64,000 bases of DNA from Basidiobolus meristosporus CBS 931.73 (lineage: Eukaryota; Fungi; Basidiobolomycota), in the NCBI GenBank assembly GCA_002104905.1, contig MCFE01000025.1:167037-231036 (forward strand). The letters are read 5' to 3'. Below, in pieces: positions 48,426 through 59,924 of the stretch. The notes beneath the pieces are model-generated. The model was not told the origin of the DNA and did no database searches. It worked only from the letters and a program-made list of their open reading frames with translations. The stretch's first letter is position 1; every line of letters begins with the position of its first letter. A program made the position numbers and the translations under genes.

Positions 48426-49880
48426 ATGTTTCGCCCACTACCATTGACTCGCTCGTTGGCCAAGGTTTCAGCCACCACAGTTAGAAGTTTCTCTTCGGTA
48501 AGCATAAATCCTGGTTGACTTAGCTTTGTATCAAGATACTGAGCCAACACTCATTCAACAAGGCCCGTACAGCCGTTCCACCCACATCAAACAATATGAG
48601 CCATGTTCTCGCTGGCTTCGCTGGTGGGAGTGCTGTCGCAATCGGAGGTAAGAACCTGGCTAAGTTTCATCCTCTCTTCGGTCTAACCTTATTCGTGGGT
48701 AGGGTACGGATGGTACAAGTACTCCGGGGCCAAGGAGATCGTAACCAAGACGCAGAACTCTCTACAAACTATTCAGGACGTTAAGGCCAAAATACCCCCA
48801 CCGGGCGTGCTGGTGAATATCGCGAAAGGCTTTATAGGACCTTTGCTCATCTCCGTTCCAGGTGCTCAGGGCCTACTTGATCATATTCAGAAGCTAGAAG
48901 ATACTCATGGCCCAGAGATCCAAAAGCTCTGGCATGATACCGTCAAGGAGGTATCTGATCTGACAGCTAATGGATGGGATGAGGATTCCACCAAAAAAGC
49001 CACCGAGGTCATCAAGCGGAGCATCGATCGTGTTCAAGAATTGGCCAAAGACATTGCTTGTGACGCGAGCGAACAATTCTTAAGTGCTTTCCCTCAAGTA
49101 AAGGATGCACTCGGAGGAAGCCTTGAGGAGCTGAAGGAGCTTTCCGGAAAAGGCGGCGATGAGGCCAAGGAGCTCCTTTCCAACACGTTCTCAAAAATGA
49201 AGAAGATCCTCGATGGAGGAATGAACGAAAACACGATCGAGGAAATCAAAGAGTTAATCGATGAAAACAAACAGGAGGTGATGAAGCTGGTCAACCAAAC
49301 GGGTGAGCTAGCTTGGGATAAAGGAATTGCACTTGCCAGCCCGTTCCTTGATAAAATGCCAGATTTAAAAAAGGAAGTTGAACAGGCAAAGGACTTGTTG
49401 TCTGAAGTCTCCAAAGAGCATGGCCCACAGGTGACGGATATGGTCACTGATCTTGTGTCCCAGCTGAAGAAAATCTCGGAGAAGGGTGTCAACGAGGAGA
49501 CCATCAAGGAGGCTAAAACTCTGGTGGAGAAGAAATTATCGGAGTTCAAGGACTTAAAGGGGGAGATTAAGCAGCAAACCTGGCAAACGGCTGAAGAGCT
49601 TGCAGAACCGGTGTTAAAAAAGGTTCCGGAATTAAAGCAAGTGGTAGATAAAAGCATCAATGAAATGAAGTCTATCGCCGAAAGAAAGGGCCCTGAAGCA
49701 TTCAAGATCATCAAGGATACATACGCTGATATTCAGAAGATCGCTGAGAAAGGAGCTAATGAGAAGACCCTCCACGAAGGAAAAGAGCTGTTAGAAAAGA
49801 GACTCGAAGAGCTCAAGAAACTCGCCGATCAAGCCAAAGACGAGGGAAAAAAGGAAGCCAAAAAAGAAATGAAACAGTAG
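48426..49880 (+). CDS. Mitochondrially targeted, single-TM, apolipoprotein/LEA-like amphipathic helical repeat protein; 2 introns
   Basis: Exon 1 MFRPLPLTRSLAKVSATTVRSFSS (presequence-like), then AGFAGGSAVAIG|GYGWYKYSGAK, then K/E-rich helical units starting HGPE, GGDE, HGPQ and KGPE, about 80-90 aa apart. Confidence 0.75.
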
Positions 49881-50680
49881 AGCTTACCATATATGTAAAA
49901 TAAAATCACGTATCATAAATATGGCTTGGCCAGCTTATTTGCATTTGCTATTCGAAATATTGATCTGCAGAAGATAGTATGAAGCAGCTGATTTCCAGTT
50001 GAATCATTGTCTAATAGAGCATCAAGATCCCCGTAGTATTGATGCTCTCATGGACTTCTGAAACACCAATGATTGTTTCCTTTCCATAATGGCTGCGTTG
50101 AATATGAAGAGCACTGTTTCAAAGAGAAAAGTGTTACATTGGTAATGGGTGTATCAGTTATTGTGTAGATTCCGGATGGTAATTGGCAAGTATCTTTGGG
50201 TAGGTTTTGGCTGCTACTGCAGAAATGTGCTCAAATCAACTCACACCTCTACGAATCAGTTGTTTGCTTTCCCAAAGTAAAACGTTTATTACGTTGCTTG
50301 ATATTTATTTGTAGGATATTGGAAGTACATGATATTGTGTTCTATTATTTCTGTTTCCTGATTTCCTGATTATATCAAAACCAAGATTTGCTAATATTTC
50401 TAATCAACGTAGTCCTTGCATAGGAATAGCACCTAAACACTCAGTAAAGACTTCTCAGAGGTCTTTTTTTTGTACACTAACCATTTCACAGTATAATCTA
50501 TCAATAGCTGGTTTGTTGGTAACAGCAATGTTAGCTTGGTTGCCCAAGTCAAAAAAATAACATCATATAGACAGAAACTGCTTTTTGGGTGTGTAGGTGC
50601 TGTAGCATAGGTTAGATGAGCATGAAAGGGCAAGTGGCCTGGTGGATGCAATTCCTGGTGCTGTTCTTTTACCTTGTAAA

Positions 50681-51260
50681 TGCTGTAAGAGTCTTGGAGA
50701 TATTGGAAGTGAATTGGGAGGACAAGTAGATTTTGTGGTTTTCACTTAATGATTTGTTGAATGTAAAAGTAGTATTTATACTTTTACATGGTCTTGGCAT
50801 TACAAACATGTAGAATAGGTCAAGGAAGGTCCCAAGAACATGTGAGCAAAGATTGGGGCTGTTTGGACAACTTTGAGAATTTTCCTGTTCTGGGTAAATA
50901 CTCTAAGTAAATCCCAACAAGGAATTTGGTCAGTATTCTCTAGGATATGAAGGTAATGATCTAAGTGACTTAGTTAGGTGAATATTTAGGTGGAATTCCA
51001 AATTTTTTACAACACTCCCACTGAGCTAAATGCTCATACTGACTAGACCTAATTTTGGCCTAAGATATTCAAACTTGTCTCTTGCTAATGGTTTGGTAAA
51101 TATGTCTGCAATCATTTCATCTGAAGGACAGTGAACTAAGCTAACTAAGTTATTCTCTATAGCTTCACATATGAAACAATGTCCAATATCTATCTGCTCA
51201 GTTCTAGCATGAAAAGTTGGATTTCTACCTGATTGTATACATCCTTGATTACCTTGAAAT
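50681..51260 (-). mobile_element. 3' end of an older Ty1/copia element: RNase H remnant, PPT and 3' LTR
   Basis: Minus strand 51260-51026 translates FQGNQGCIQSGRNPTFHARTEQIDIGHCFICEAIENNLVSLVHCPSDEMIADIFTKPLARDKFEYLRPKLGL, the copia RNase H tail (DNQ..NP.FH.RTKHIDI...ADIFTKPL). It is followed by PPT TCAGTGGGAG (51024-51015) and the LTR 51014-50681. Confidence 0.92.
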
Positions 51261-51609
51261 TGTTGTAATTATTGAATTGTCACCTAAATATTCATGCTAA
51301 CTTAGTCACATAGATCTTATTCTGTGATTAGCATTCTGTCCTGACTAGATTTCTTGTCGGGATTTACTTAGAATATTTTCACCAAATTGTCAGGTACCCA
51401 GATTATTATTTTTCTCAAAGTCGTCCAAAAGACCCCAAACTTTGCACACATATTCTTGGGACCTTCCTTAACAAACTCTACACGTTTGTTTCCTCTACTT
51501 TATCAAAAGTATAAATACCATACTTTTGATCAATAAATCTACAAGTGAATAACATGTAAATCCTCTAGTTCTCCACATCACTTCCAATACTCCTCAGAAT
51601 ATTGCAACA

Positions 51610-51621
51610 GGTTATGAGCCC
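51610..51621 (+). other. Primer-binding site complementary to the initiator tRNA-Met anticodon arm (half-tRNA priming, Ty5/copia type)
   Basis: GGTTATGAGCCC is the reverse complement of GGGCUCAUAACC in the eukaryotic tRNAiMet anticodon stem-loop; the same motif as the yeast Ty5 PBS. Confidence 0.88.
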
Positions 51622-54219
51622 CGAGCTTGCTGTCCTCTTGGTGTCTACTATGCTTTGGATCCTTTTCTGCTAGTCTGGAGAAAGACTTTCCGCACTATTG
51701 CTCTGCTAAGGTTAAAGAAGACTACCGCTGCTAAAGGACTATGTTTATGAGGATATTGCTGTGGAGAAGAAGGCCTTGCCTTTAAAAGATGCCTTCAGTA
51801 ACTATCCAAGTTAGTTATGAAGAAGAGTCAATCAAACTGGCATGTAATTGTGTCAAGAAATATAGTATGTTGGTGCTCTACCACTACTGAAGAAAATTGC
51901 GTAATTCCAGCAATTGAGGGTCCAGATCTACAATGAAATATACTGCAATATGTATTCATATGACCCCAATTGACTGTTAGACGAGCTTTTGGATAGGATA
52001 TTATCCTGAATTGCAAAAGAAAAAAAAAATATAGATCATTATTAATGATTGCCGGAGGAGGATTTTACCAAAAATCTGTTGCCACTCAAAATACAGCTGA
52101 GAATGCAAATACTGGAGCTGTTAGCCGCCATTCTGGACTATCTACTGATGGAAAAAGATCTCAGAAACAAGCTTCCTGAATTGTAAGGATCCCAATGATA
52201 TATAATACATATATATCCACCTGGAGTACGGATATGTACTACACAATCCATTAGAAGAATGCTATAATTGTATCAAGTGTTTTGATACTGAAACCAGTGT
52301 ACCAGGAGCTAAATATGGAGCTGTTAGACGTGCTATCACTCTGTTTAAGTCTCAAAACAGTGGGAGAAAGTATTATACAAATTTAGCAAAATCAACTCAT
52401 GAAGATTCTACCGCCAGCCAAAGGAGTGAAGCATATAATTGCAAGCCTGATTGGAGTATACAACCAAGCAACAGTTGGTCAGTACACAGCTAAGAGCCAC
52501 TCAGAAGATAACACAGTACTTTATACTTGTTATATATATATCACTTATTACAGTGGGAGAAAACACTTGGTGATATTTAACTTCTCTGGATCAGATCAAA
52601 AGAATTTTGATTGATCAAGTCACCGCCAAGTTCTGCAACTCAAAAATACTGATATATTGGAGTCTGATACCGGAGTATTGATGAAGCTAGCTATCAAATG
52701 CAGTTTATTTGATCAAATTTGGTCAACTCTATCAAAAGTTATGAATGATCTAAGTGGATGCCGATTTTGATTATTTCACTCTCAAATAGTCAGATATTAT
52801 GGAACAATGATGTCATGGAGACTCTTGTGCTCAAAAACACCATGGTCCCACCTGCAAGGAAGTCCAGAACCACCCCACAAAAGGAATTATCCCTGGGTCA
52901 TCAGCAGAAAAAGAAAAGAAGAAAAAATGGAAAATACTACTACCGCAAACTAGGGTACTTCCCAAATGGTGCCAAAACTTATGTAGGCCATATTTGGACT
53001 ATCTGGCAATGCAGATATGTTCTATGGAGCCTCTTGTACGAAGTTCTCAAGCTAGAAACCCCAGAAGAGCCTTGAAACTTCAACAGGATCTGTTAGATAT
53101 TGTAGTATATATTGGAACAGATTATTTAGTGCAGAAGTCTTGATGTCTGCTGTCTATGGAGCTGAAAGAAAAAGGTGCAAGGATCAACCAGATGGTTTTT
53201 ATGAATTCTGAAGACACTGAGAAGATCAGTTAGCCTTGGAAACCGAGCTCAAGGTTGAAAATAACTATCAGGAGAATAAGGATAATCAAAGCCCTTGTTA
53301 AGGAGAATCTCACTTCTGGAAAAGCGCCAATCTCTATTCTACAAGTATATTCTGATAAGACAAAAGCAGCTGTATCAATCCAAATCAGTAGAAGCACTCT
53401 AAGAATAGCTACCAAACAACCCATGGTGTTGTCCAATACCAAACTGGGTAAATCAAGAAGCAAATGGACTTTGGATCTACCGCATATGAAGTAATCAGTC
53501 CAAAGAAAGTTATTGCTATTTAAAGAAGACAAAGATGACCATTCTAGATCATATTTGTGGATCTAAATCACTAAACAGACGTGGTTCAAGTGGGAGCAGG
53601 CCATCCCAGCTCAGAGTTGAGCAAAAACCTTCTTTTTTTGGCCATGTTATATGTGCCACAGTGCCAGGAAACAAGGATAATCCGGATCAGGCGTAAATGA
53701 CAAAACCTTAACCTGACCCAAAGTAGGTCACTATTTTTTACCTCATATAGCATCTATATGATGGAAGTAACTGTCCCTGAGCCTAATATGGACACACAGT
53801 GAAGTTGTCTAAATGGATTAGACTGTTGGCCGGAAATAAGGAAACTCCAGATCTGCCGTAAATGACAAAACCTTAACTTGACCAAAAGTGGGTCAATTTT
53901 GCTCAAATAAGAAGCATTGGATAGCCCAGAGACTATATACCATTATTACGATCTGTCAATTAGACTCAGCTTATTATTCAAGCCCGTACAACTGATCAAA
54001 GCTGATGATTAGTATTATGATCAGATCATTCAGATTTTTAGGCATATTACTAAGTAGATATGCATACTGAATTCCAAGTTACTTGTTCTATTAAGTTGAA
54101 CACAAATGCATACACCTTTGGATAATATATTAGTCCAGTATGCAAAACAGTTAAATCTTATACGCTTATTACAGATTGCACACTCACTATATGTATTTAT
54201 TACTCATGAATATTTTGTT

Positions 54220-54228
54220 GAGTGGGAG
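54220..54228 (+). other. Polypurine tract of the copia-family element
   Basis: GAGTGGGAG abuts the TG of the 3' LTR. The same motif abuts the LTR at 51014 on the other strand. Confidence 0.85.
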
Positions 54229-54577
54229 TGTTGTAATTATTGAATTGTCACCTAAATATTCATGCTAACTTAGTCACATAGATCTTATTCTGTGATTAGC
54301 ATTCTGTCCTGACTAGATTTCTTGTCGGGATTTACTTAGAATATTTTCACCAAATTGTCAGGTACCCAGATTATTATTTTTCTCAAAGTTGTCCAAAAGA
54401 CCCCAAACTTTGCACACATATTCTTGGGACCTTCCTTAACAAACTCTACACGTTTGTTTCCTCTACTTTATCAAAAGTATAAATACCATACTTTTGATCA
54501 ATAAATCTACAAGTGAATAACATGTAAATCCTCTAGTTCTCCACATCACTTCCAATACTCCTCAGAATATTGCAACA

Positions 54578-54660
54578 AAAACAACTATATCATCAAGTGA
54601 AAACCACATAATCTATTTGCTCTCCCAGTCACTTCCAATATCTCCAAAACTCTCACAACA
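54578..54660 (+). mobile_element. 3'-terminal fragment of an older LTR directly behind the young 3' LTR
   Basis: ...caagtgaaaaccacataatctatttgctctcccagtcacttccaatatctccaaaactctcACAACA. Confidence 0.8.
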
Positions 54661-55848
54661 AATGCTGGCCATGCTCTTTGAAACACTTTCCATGCTGTAT
54701 GCTTGGACCAGGAATCTCCCACAGTACACTCTTTGTATTTTTCTTTATACAGTACATGCCAAAGTGTAAATGCCGCCAATGAATTTGACAAATCACAAGA
54801 TGAGCAACCACCCAGTCCATTGGTACTTTCAATCACTTTCAATCTCACCAAAAACTGGGACAACACTTAAGGTACAGTCTTACATGAGTGTTGAACTCCA
54901 ATGCATTTTGATGGGTGGGGTGTGAATATAGCCTGACAGTGTTCAACTATCTCCTGGATGGTATTTTCCCACTTGAATCATGGGGATCTCAACTGATCTT
55001 TGACAGGGTCACCCGCAGAGTCCAGAGAGGGAATAATCTACCCCTCCACCCAATAGATACGATGTACAGTGTAAGCGCATTGCTACTCAGAGAAGCTGTA
55101 TATTGGGAGCGGTAACCTGCCGATGGGAAATAAAGCCTCAATGGAGTCAGAAAAGTGAATAGTAGCTCTATTAACATATTGGATACTACAGCACCGAGTG
55201 TTGGCAGAGGGATGGGGGGAGGTAGGAATAGCGGGCGAAAAAGAAGGCGATCCAGGTAGGAGGGATTTCATTGGGTATGCAGTAGGATCGTTCAGAGATG
55301 GAAGCAATGGCTGGGTCCATTCCCACATCTCGGACGAAGCAATGAATGATCGCCGTCTCTTTATCCGGACGATATGGGTTGGGAACAATCGATCCTCACC
55401 AAATGGATGTTCACTAGTCTTCAAGGGATGCATGTCGTCTTGAACATATCCAGGGCCATGGGATCCCAATATGGTGGATGCGACGCTTGTCTGGGATGTA
55501 AATCACACCACCACACATCTCGGTCCAATCAATCTTGCGACATCAAATGGCAGATTCCGATTACCCATTTGATGGGTCGTGAACGGTGTCGGGATACCAC
55601 AATAGTTGGCAAGCGGCTTCATTGCGGAGGGGCCTAGGTTGCGGAGGGGCGGTTCAATCAATGCCTACTCACTGAAGGGTGGGAACACAGATTCATGTAG
55701 CGTTAACTGGGGCAGACTCAACGGACAACGCATGGGTGATTTGTTTGTTGCCACTGTGGAAGAATCCAAGGAACATGGGAATCGGAATTGGAATCATCAC
55801 ATGCTGGAGCGGACGGGTGCCAATCTCGATTGGTGTGTAACTCTTATG

Positions 55849-57603
55849 TCAGAGAGAATCAACCTTGGGCTTGAGTAGCCTGTGTAGGTCAGGGAGGGAT
55901 TCACGGAGGTAATTGGCCACTTTCTGGACCCCATCCTGATCCCCATCTCGTTTCAAAAAACTCAACAATGTGGAAACCAACTTGAGATCAGGTCGAATAC
56001 CGGCCACTTCCATCTCCAAAAGCTGCTCCACCGCCCTCGATGACTCACCGTTCCTCGCCAGCGCCTCGATGTAGGAGGTGTAATTGTTGCAATTCAAAGG
56101 GAACCGTTGTTGCTTGAGCCGATTCCATATCACTTGTGCGCGATACAAAGCGTCATGCCTGCCGCAAGAATCAAGCAGGATGGAGATGGTTGCATTGTTC
56201 GGGGTCAAGCGGCCAGCCTGAATCGAGTCGTATAGCTGTAGCACTTTGCTGATATCCCCAATCCAATTGTATGCATTCATCAGTGTGTTGTACAGCGCTA
56301 TATCAGGCTCGATATTGGGGTTCATCCGGATGGCCTCATACATCCTATTGACACCCGGGCCATTTCGCGACTGCCCGTAGCCAGCAATCATCACTGAATA
56401 CGTGTATTCGTTGACGTTTACTCCTCGTCTGTTCATTTCATCGAACAGCCAACCAGCAGTCTGCATATCTCGGTTCTTGGTGCAAGCGGCCAACATACGC
56501 GTATACGTCTCGGTGGCGATCTTATACGAAGGGTTGTATGAATACATGTGGGAATACACTCCAATGGCCGACTCGACATCCGCTAGTCTCAGAAACCCGT
56601 CAATTAACGCTTGGTAGATCCGCGGCGTCGACTGGAGACCACATTTTCTCATGACATGGAAGTAATGCGACGCCTCGGCCATCTGGTTTAATCTACAGTG
56701 TTCTAATATCATTGTACTGAGAGTTGGCAATGTGGGTCGCCGGTGACGCACGAGGCTTTCAAACGTGGAATGCGCCAGGTCGGTATGTCCGAGCTGAAAG
56801 CTTGATTGGATGATGCGATAATACAAGTGCTCCTCTGCAGAGAAGCCGTTGGCCTCCATTTCTTTATACCACGATATGGCTCGGTCGAAATCCTCGGCGA
56901 GATACTTGGAAACCAGCACCTGGTATGTTATGGCGTTGTATTTTATACCCAACCTCTCAAATTCCTGCATGATATTGACCATGTGCGTTAGTTCGGACTT
57001 GCGTAAAAGTAGATTAAGGGAATCTACATCAGGGGAGACGCCACGTTGGGACATCTCTTGATGTATCTGCAGTGCTATTGCGCCATCCCCGCTGGACTTT
57101 AATGCTGACAGTGTTGCATTATAGCCACCAACGGTAATAGGTAGATTGAGGTTTTGAACGAATCGGTAGATTTCTAGTGTCGTGTCTCGATGCTGCAAGG
57201 TACTGCACTTTCCCAACAGTGTCAACAGGTCCGAGTGTAAAGACTCGGAAGCAATAAACTCGGGGTTCTTCTTGATCTTACGAAAGGCTTGAATAGCAAT
57301 TTCAAGCTGGCCCTTGTTCAAAGCACTTTTTAGGGTGCGTTCAACCAACGCTCCCTCTATGCTAGGTCTGGAATGAAGGGCCCTTCCGAGGATTTTGTGG
57401 CATGGGTAGTCCATGGGGCTGTACCCGAGGTCCCTTTGTACAGAGATCCATCCACTGCGAATCAAAACCTTAGATAGGTTTATTCGTGGGTAAGGAAGTT
57501 GGTTAGTAAATAGGGTGGGTAGAAGCCTACGGGCGGTTGAGAATGGGAACGTCTTCAGAGTTCCACCTTTAATAACGAGATCATGGTTAGCACACCCAGA
57601 CAC
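55849..57603 (-). CDS. Pentatricopeptide-repeat (PPR) protein, likely mitochondrial; the true N-terminus probably lies in an upstream exon (to ~57760)
   Basis: Many tandem ~35-aa repeats (YNATLSAL..SG...ALQIHQEM...GVSPD; TYTRMLAAC; TYSVMIAGYG; LYNTLMNAY; YTSYIEALARNG). A branch point/acceptor 'gctaac...ttaaag' near 57570-57592 suggests an intron at the ORF start. Confidence 0.9.
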   Translation of the reverse strand: MSGCANHDLVIKGGTLKTFPFSTARRLLPTLFTNQLPYPRINLSKVLIRSGWISVQRDLGYSPMDYPCHKILGRALHSRPSIEGALVERTLKSALNKGQLEIAIQAFRKIKKNPEFIASESLHSDLLTLLGKCSTLQHRDTTLEIYRFVQNLNLPITVGGYNATLSALKSSGDGAIALQIHQEMSQRGVSPDVDSLNLLLRKSELTHMVNIMQEFERLGIKYNAITYQVLVSKYLAEDFDRAISWYKEMEANGFSAEEHLYYRIIQSSFQLGHTDLAHSTFESLVRHRRPTLPTLSTMILEHCRLNQMAEASHYFHVMRKCGLQSTPRIYQALIDGFLRLADVESAIGVYSHMYSYNPSYKIATETYTRMLAACTKNRDMQTAGWLFDEMNRRGVNVNEYTYSVMIAGYGQSRNGPGVNRMYEAIRMNPNIEPDIALYNTLMNAYNWIGDISKVLQLYDSIQAGRLTPNNATISILLDSCGRHDALYRAQVIWNRLKQQRFPLNCNNYTSYIEALARNGESSRAVEQLLEMEVAGIRPDLKLVSTLLSFLKRDGDQDGVQKVANYLRESLPDLHRLLKPKVDSL

Positions 57604-58343
57604 AGAGGAGAACGGTTGCGAAGTGAAATACTCTGTCTAGCTTGAATAGGGAGCATCGGCTATGACGCCTACTTCGCCTCACGACCAACAGAAACAACGA
57701 GCCACTGGTAGATCTGGAGAAGCAAAAGATTTTATTGACCCCGCATGCGATTGGGCCAACGGTGTTCCTTGGAAAACACATAACACAAGGCGGCCAATGT
57801 TTCACCGGCCATCATTGGTTATTAACTAGCAGTTAATAATTTCTTGGCAGAAATTATGATTTTAACCATATTTTAGCGCCAACCCAATGAACTCCGGGAA
57901 CACCCATGATTTGCCTTCCCAGAAGATCAAATGGGATCGATGGGTTGACATTCAGTGGTATTGAACAATGCAGCATAAGCAGCATTGTTATCATTAGGAG
58001 CGAGCAATCGATTGGCCGAGGAGGCCACTCCAAAGCCATCCCGTTAATAAATGAATAGGGGGCTACTCTAATCCGGTAGTGAAGCCAAAACATTCTCCGC
58101 GCTAATGTGAACGCATCTCAGCTCAGGCTAGATAAGCATCGCAGGTGGATCACCCCTTTGGGTAGCCGTTTTCATGGGTTTCACACGGTCACATTCCACC
58201 CTCTCCATCCCTATAAAATAGACGGGCCTCGATAATTTCGAAACCCTGACATCACTTGATTTCTTTGATTCTCTGCTATCTGCCCATCCCACCCTCGATT
58301 TCCTTGTTTTCTTTGACTGTAAATATTTGAATTGTTCCAGCGC

Positions 58344-59287
58344 ATGGGCGATCCACGCGGGATTAGCTTCTTTGGCATCTACGAAGCAACTCGAAGCAAT
58401 CAGATCATTTACCTGTCGGAAAGTGTGAGTGACGCGTTGGGATTTGAGCCCGATGAGCTGGTGGGCAAATCCACCTTCGACTATTATCACCCCGATGATC
58501 TGACATGCGCATTGAATGTGTTTGACGACTGCATCCGCAACCAGCGATTGGGCGCCATCATCCATGTACGCGTTCGAGGGAAGTTTGGCTGGGTTGAGAT
58601 TGAGGTGGTCTGGAGTTTTTGTCACAATATAATCTTTCATACGAATCGCCTGATACGAGGCCCCGACCGCTTTGAAGAGAGCAGAATGGGTAACTTGTCC
58701 ACCGCCACAAGCTTAGCCGGTCACGCTAACCCCCTCTTGCTTCCCGCCAGGCTCTCCCATGATAGCGGCACAGCCGGGCTCTTCCGAATCGCAGGTAAGT
58801 CTCGCAGCAAACGTTCAGGATGCGCGTAGTAGCTGACCGTTGCCTCCAGAGCACTCAGGCGCAGATGAACCCACCTCTGGAGCTGGCGCATCCTGCCGCG
58901 GCGGTCTCCGAGCGCTTGAATTCCTCCACCGCGGAGCCACGCGTTGGCTTGGTGCTGAATCGGTTCTCATACTATTGCTATATCCAATACTGCAGCGAGC
59001 TTGTAGGTTACATGTTTGGCATCAGTCAAAAGGAGATCCTGGGGAATTCGTTTCTGAGCTACATTCACCCGAGTGACCTCGAGAGGGTGGAGGAGCAACT
59101 GACCTGCATCAAGTCTCAGAACATCTTCCTACCGATCGCGTTCACCCTGGTCTCCCCCTATGGGGACATGCCAGTTCAGGGGGTGTTCAGCGCTACCATG
59201 GACGGGATCGTTGCCGTCATTCGCCAGGCCACTTCTCAGTTCCCCTTGGATTGTACTGTACATTATTTCGCAAGCGCCAACCGATAG
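58344..59287 (+). CDS. Tandem PAS-domain protein (2 PAS, no output domain), one intron at about 58796-58849
   Basis: IIYLSESVSDALGFEPDELVGKSTFDYYHPDD, and EPRVGLVLNRF...YCSELVGYMFGISQKEILGNSFLSYIHPSDL. Lacks the LOV GxNCRFLQ motif and any GATA finger. Confidence 0.85.
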
Positions 59288-59900
59288 TCATAGAACACAT
59301 AACAGAGCAGAAGCAGAAGCAGAAGTAGACGATCATAGATTCATCATAACGGCATAGAGCCACTTTATTGGAATTCTATTGATGCATAACGACGGAGCGG
59401 CATTCTCGAACTGTACATTCCTCGTAATATTGTTGTATGGTCCATGATAGATATCCCCTAGATTAATCGTGTACAGCATTACACTTATTAGTGAAAGCGA
59501 AGGAGACAGCCTTCCCTTCTTCTCTTTTGAAATGTAAATAAATTCCCTGCCTCAGTCCATACATCTATCACATCGGTCAGCTGCACGCTTATCTCTCGAG
59601 GGGCAAGCCATCCCCGTACACAGACGCAGCGAGGGGAAATTCTAGACGGGACGCCTCCAGAAGAGAAAATTCGATTTGCAGATGAATTTCCTTTTCACTC
59701 ATCGTAGCCCCTGCTATGATGTCCCAGCGGTAAGGAATTAGGCGAGGGAATGACGGGGCCATCTGTCCCAGAAATTCTCATACAATCAGCGGAGCATCCG
59801 ATATCCAGCCAACTCCCAATGAAAATCATGTGAAACCAGGAACCAGCCCAAATAGGAATCCAGTAGAAGCTAATGTGAAAGGATTAGTAACTGTCCCAGC

Positions 59901-59924
59901 AGGGCTAGGGTTAGGGTTAGGGTT
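59901..59924 (+). repeat. Short interstitial telomere-like tract
   Basis: AGGG CTAGGG TTAGGG TTAGGG TT. Confidence 0.6.

Larger units (their letters stand above)
51261..54577 (+). mobile_element. Young non-autonomous LTR retrotransposon (3.3 kb): LTR-PBS-noncoding interior-PPT-LTR
   Basis: 349-bp LTRs at 51261-51609 and 54229-54577 differ at 1 position (51422 C / 54390 T). PBS directly follows the 5' LTR and PPT directly precedes the 3' LTR. No intact gag/pol ORF inside. Confidence 0.92.

Noticed and set aside
55083-55760. Possible small spliced gene downstream of the PPR gene (GTGAGT donor near 55670)
   Set aside because: No splice combination gave a convincing or recognisable protein.
58332-59287. 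White Collar-1/LOV photoreceptor
   Set aside because: No GxNCRFLQ flavin-binding motif and no zinc finger.
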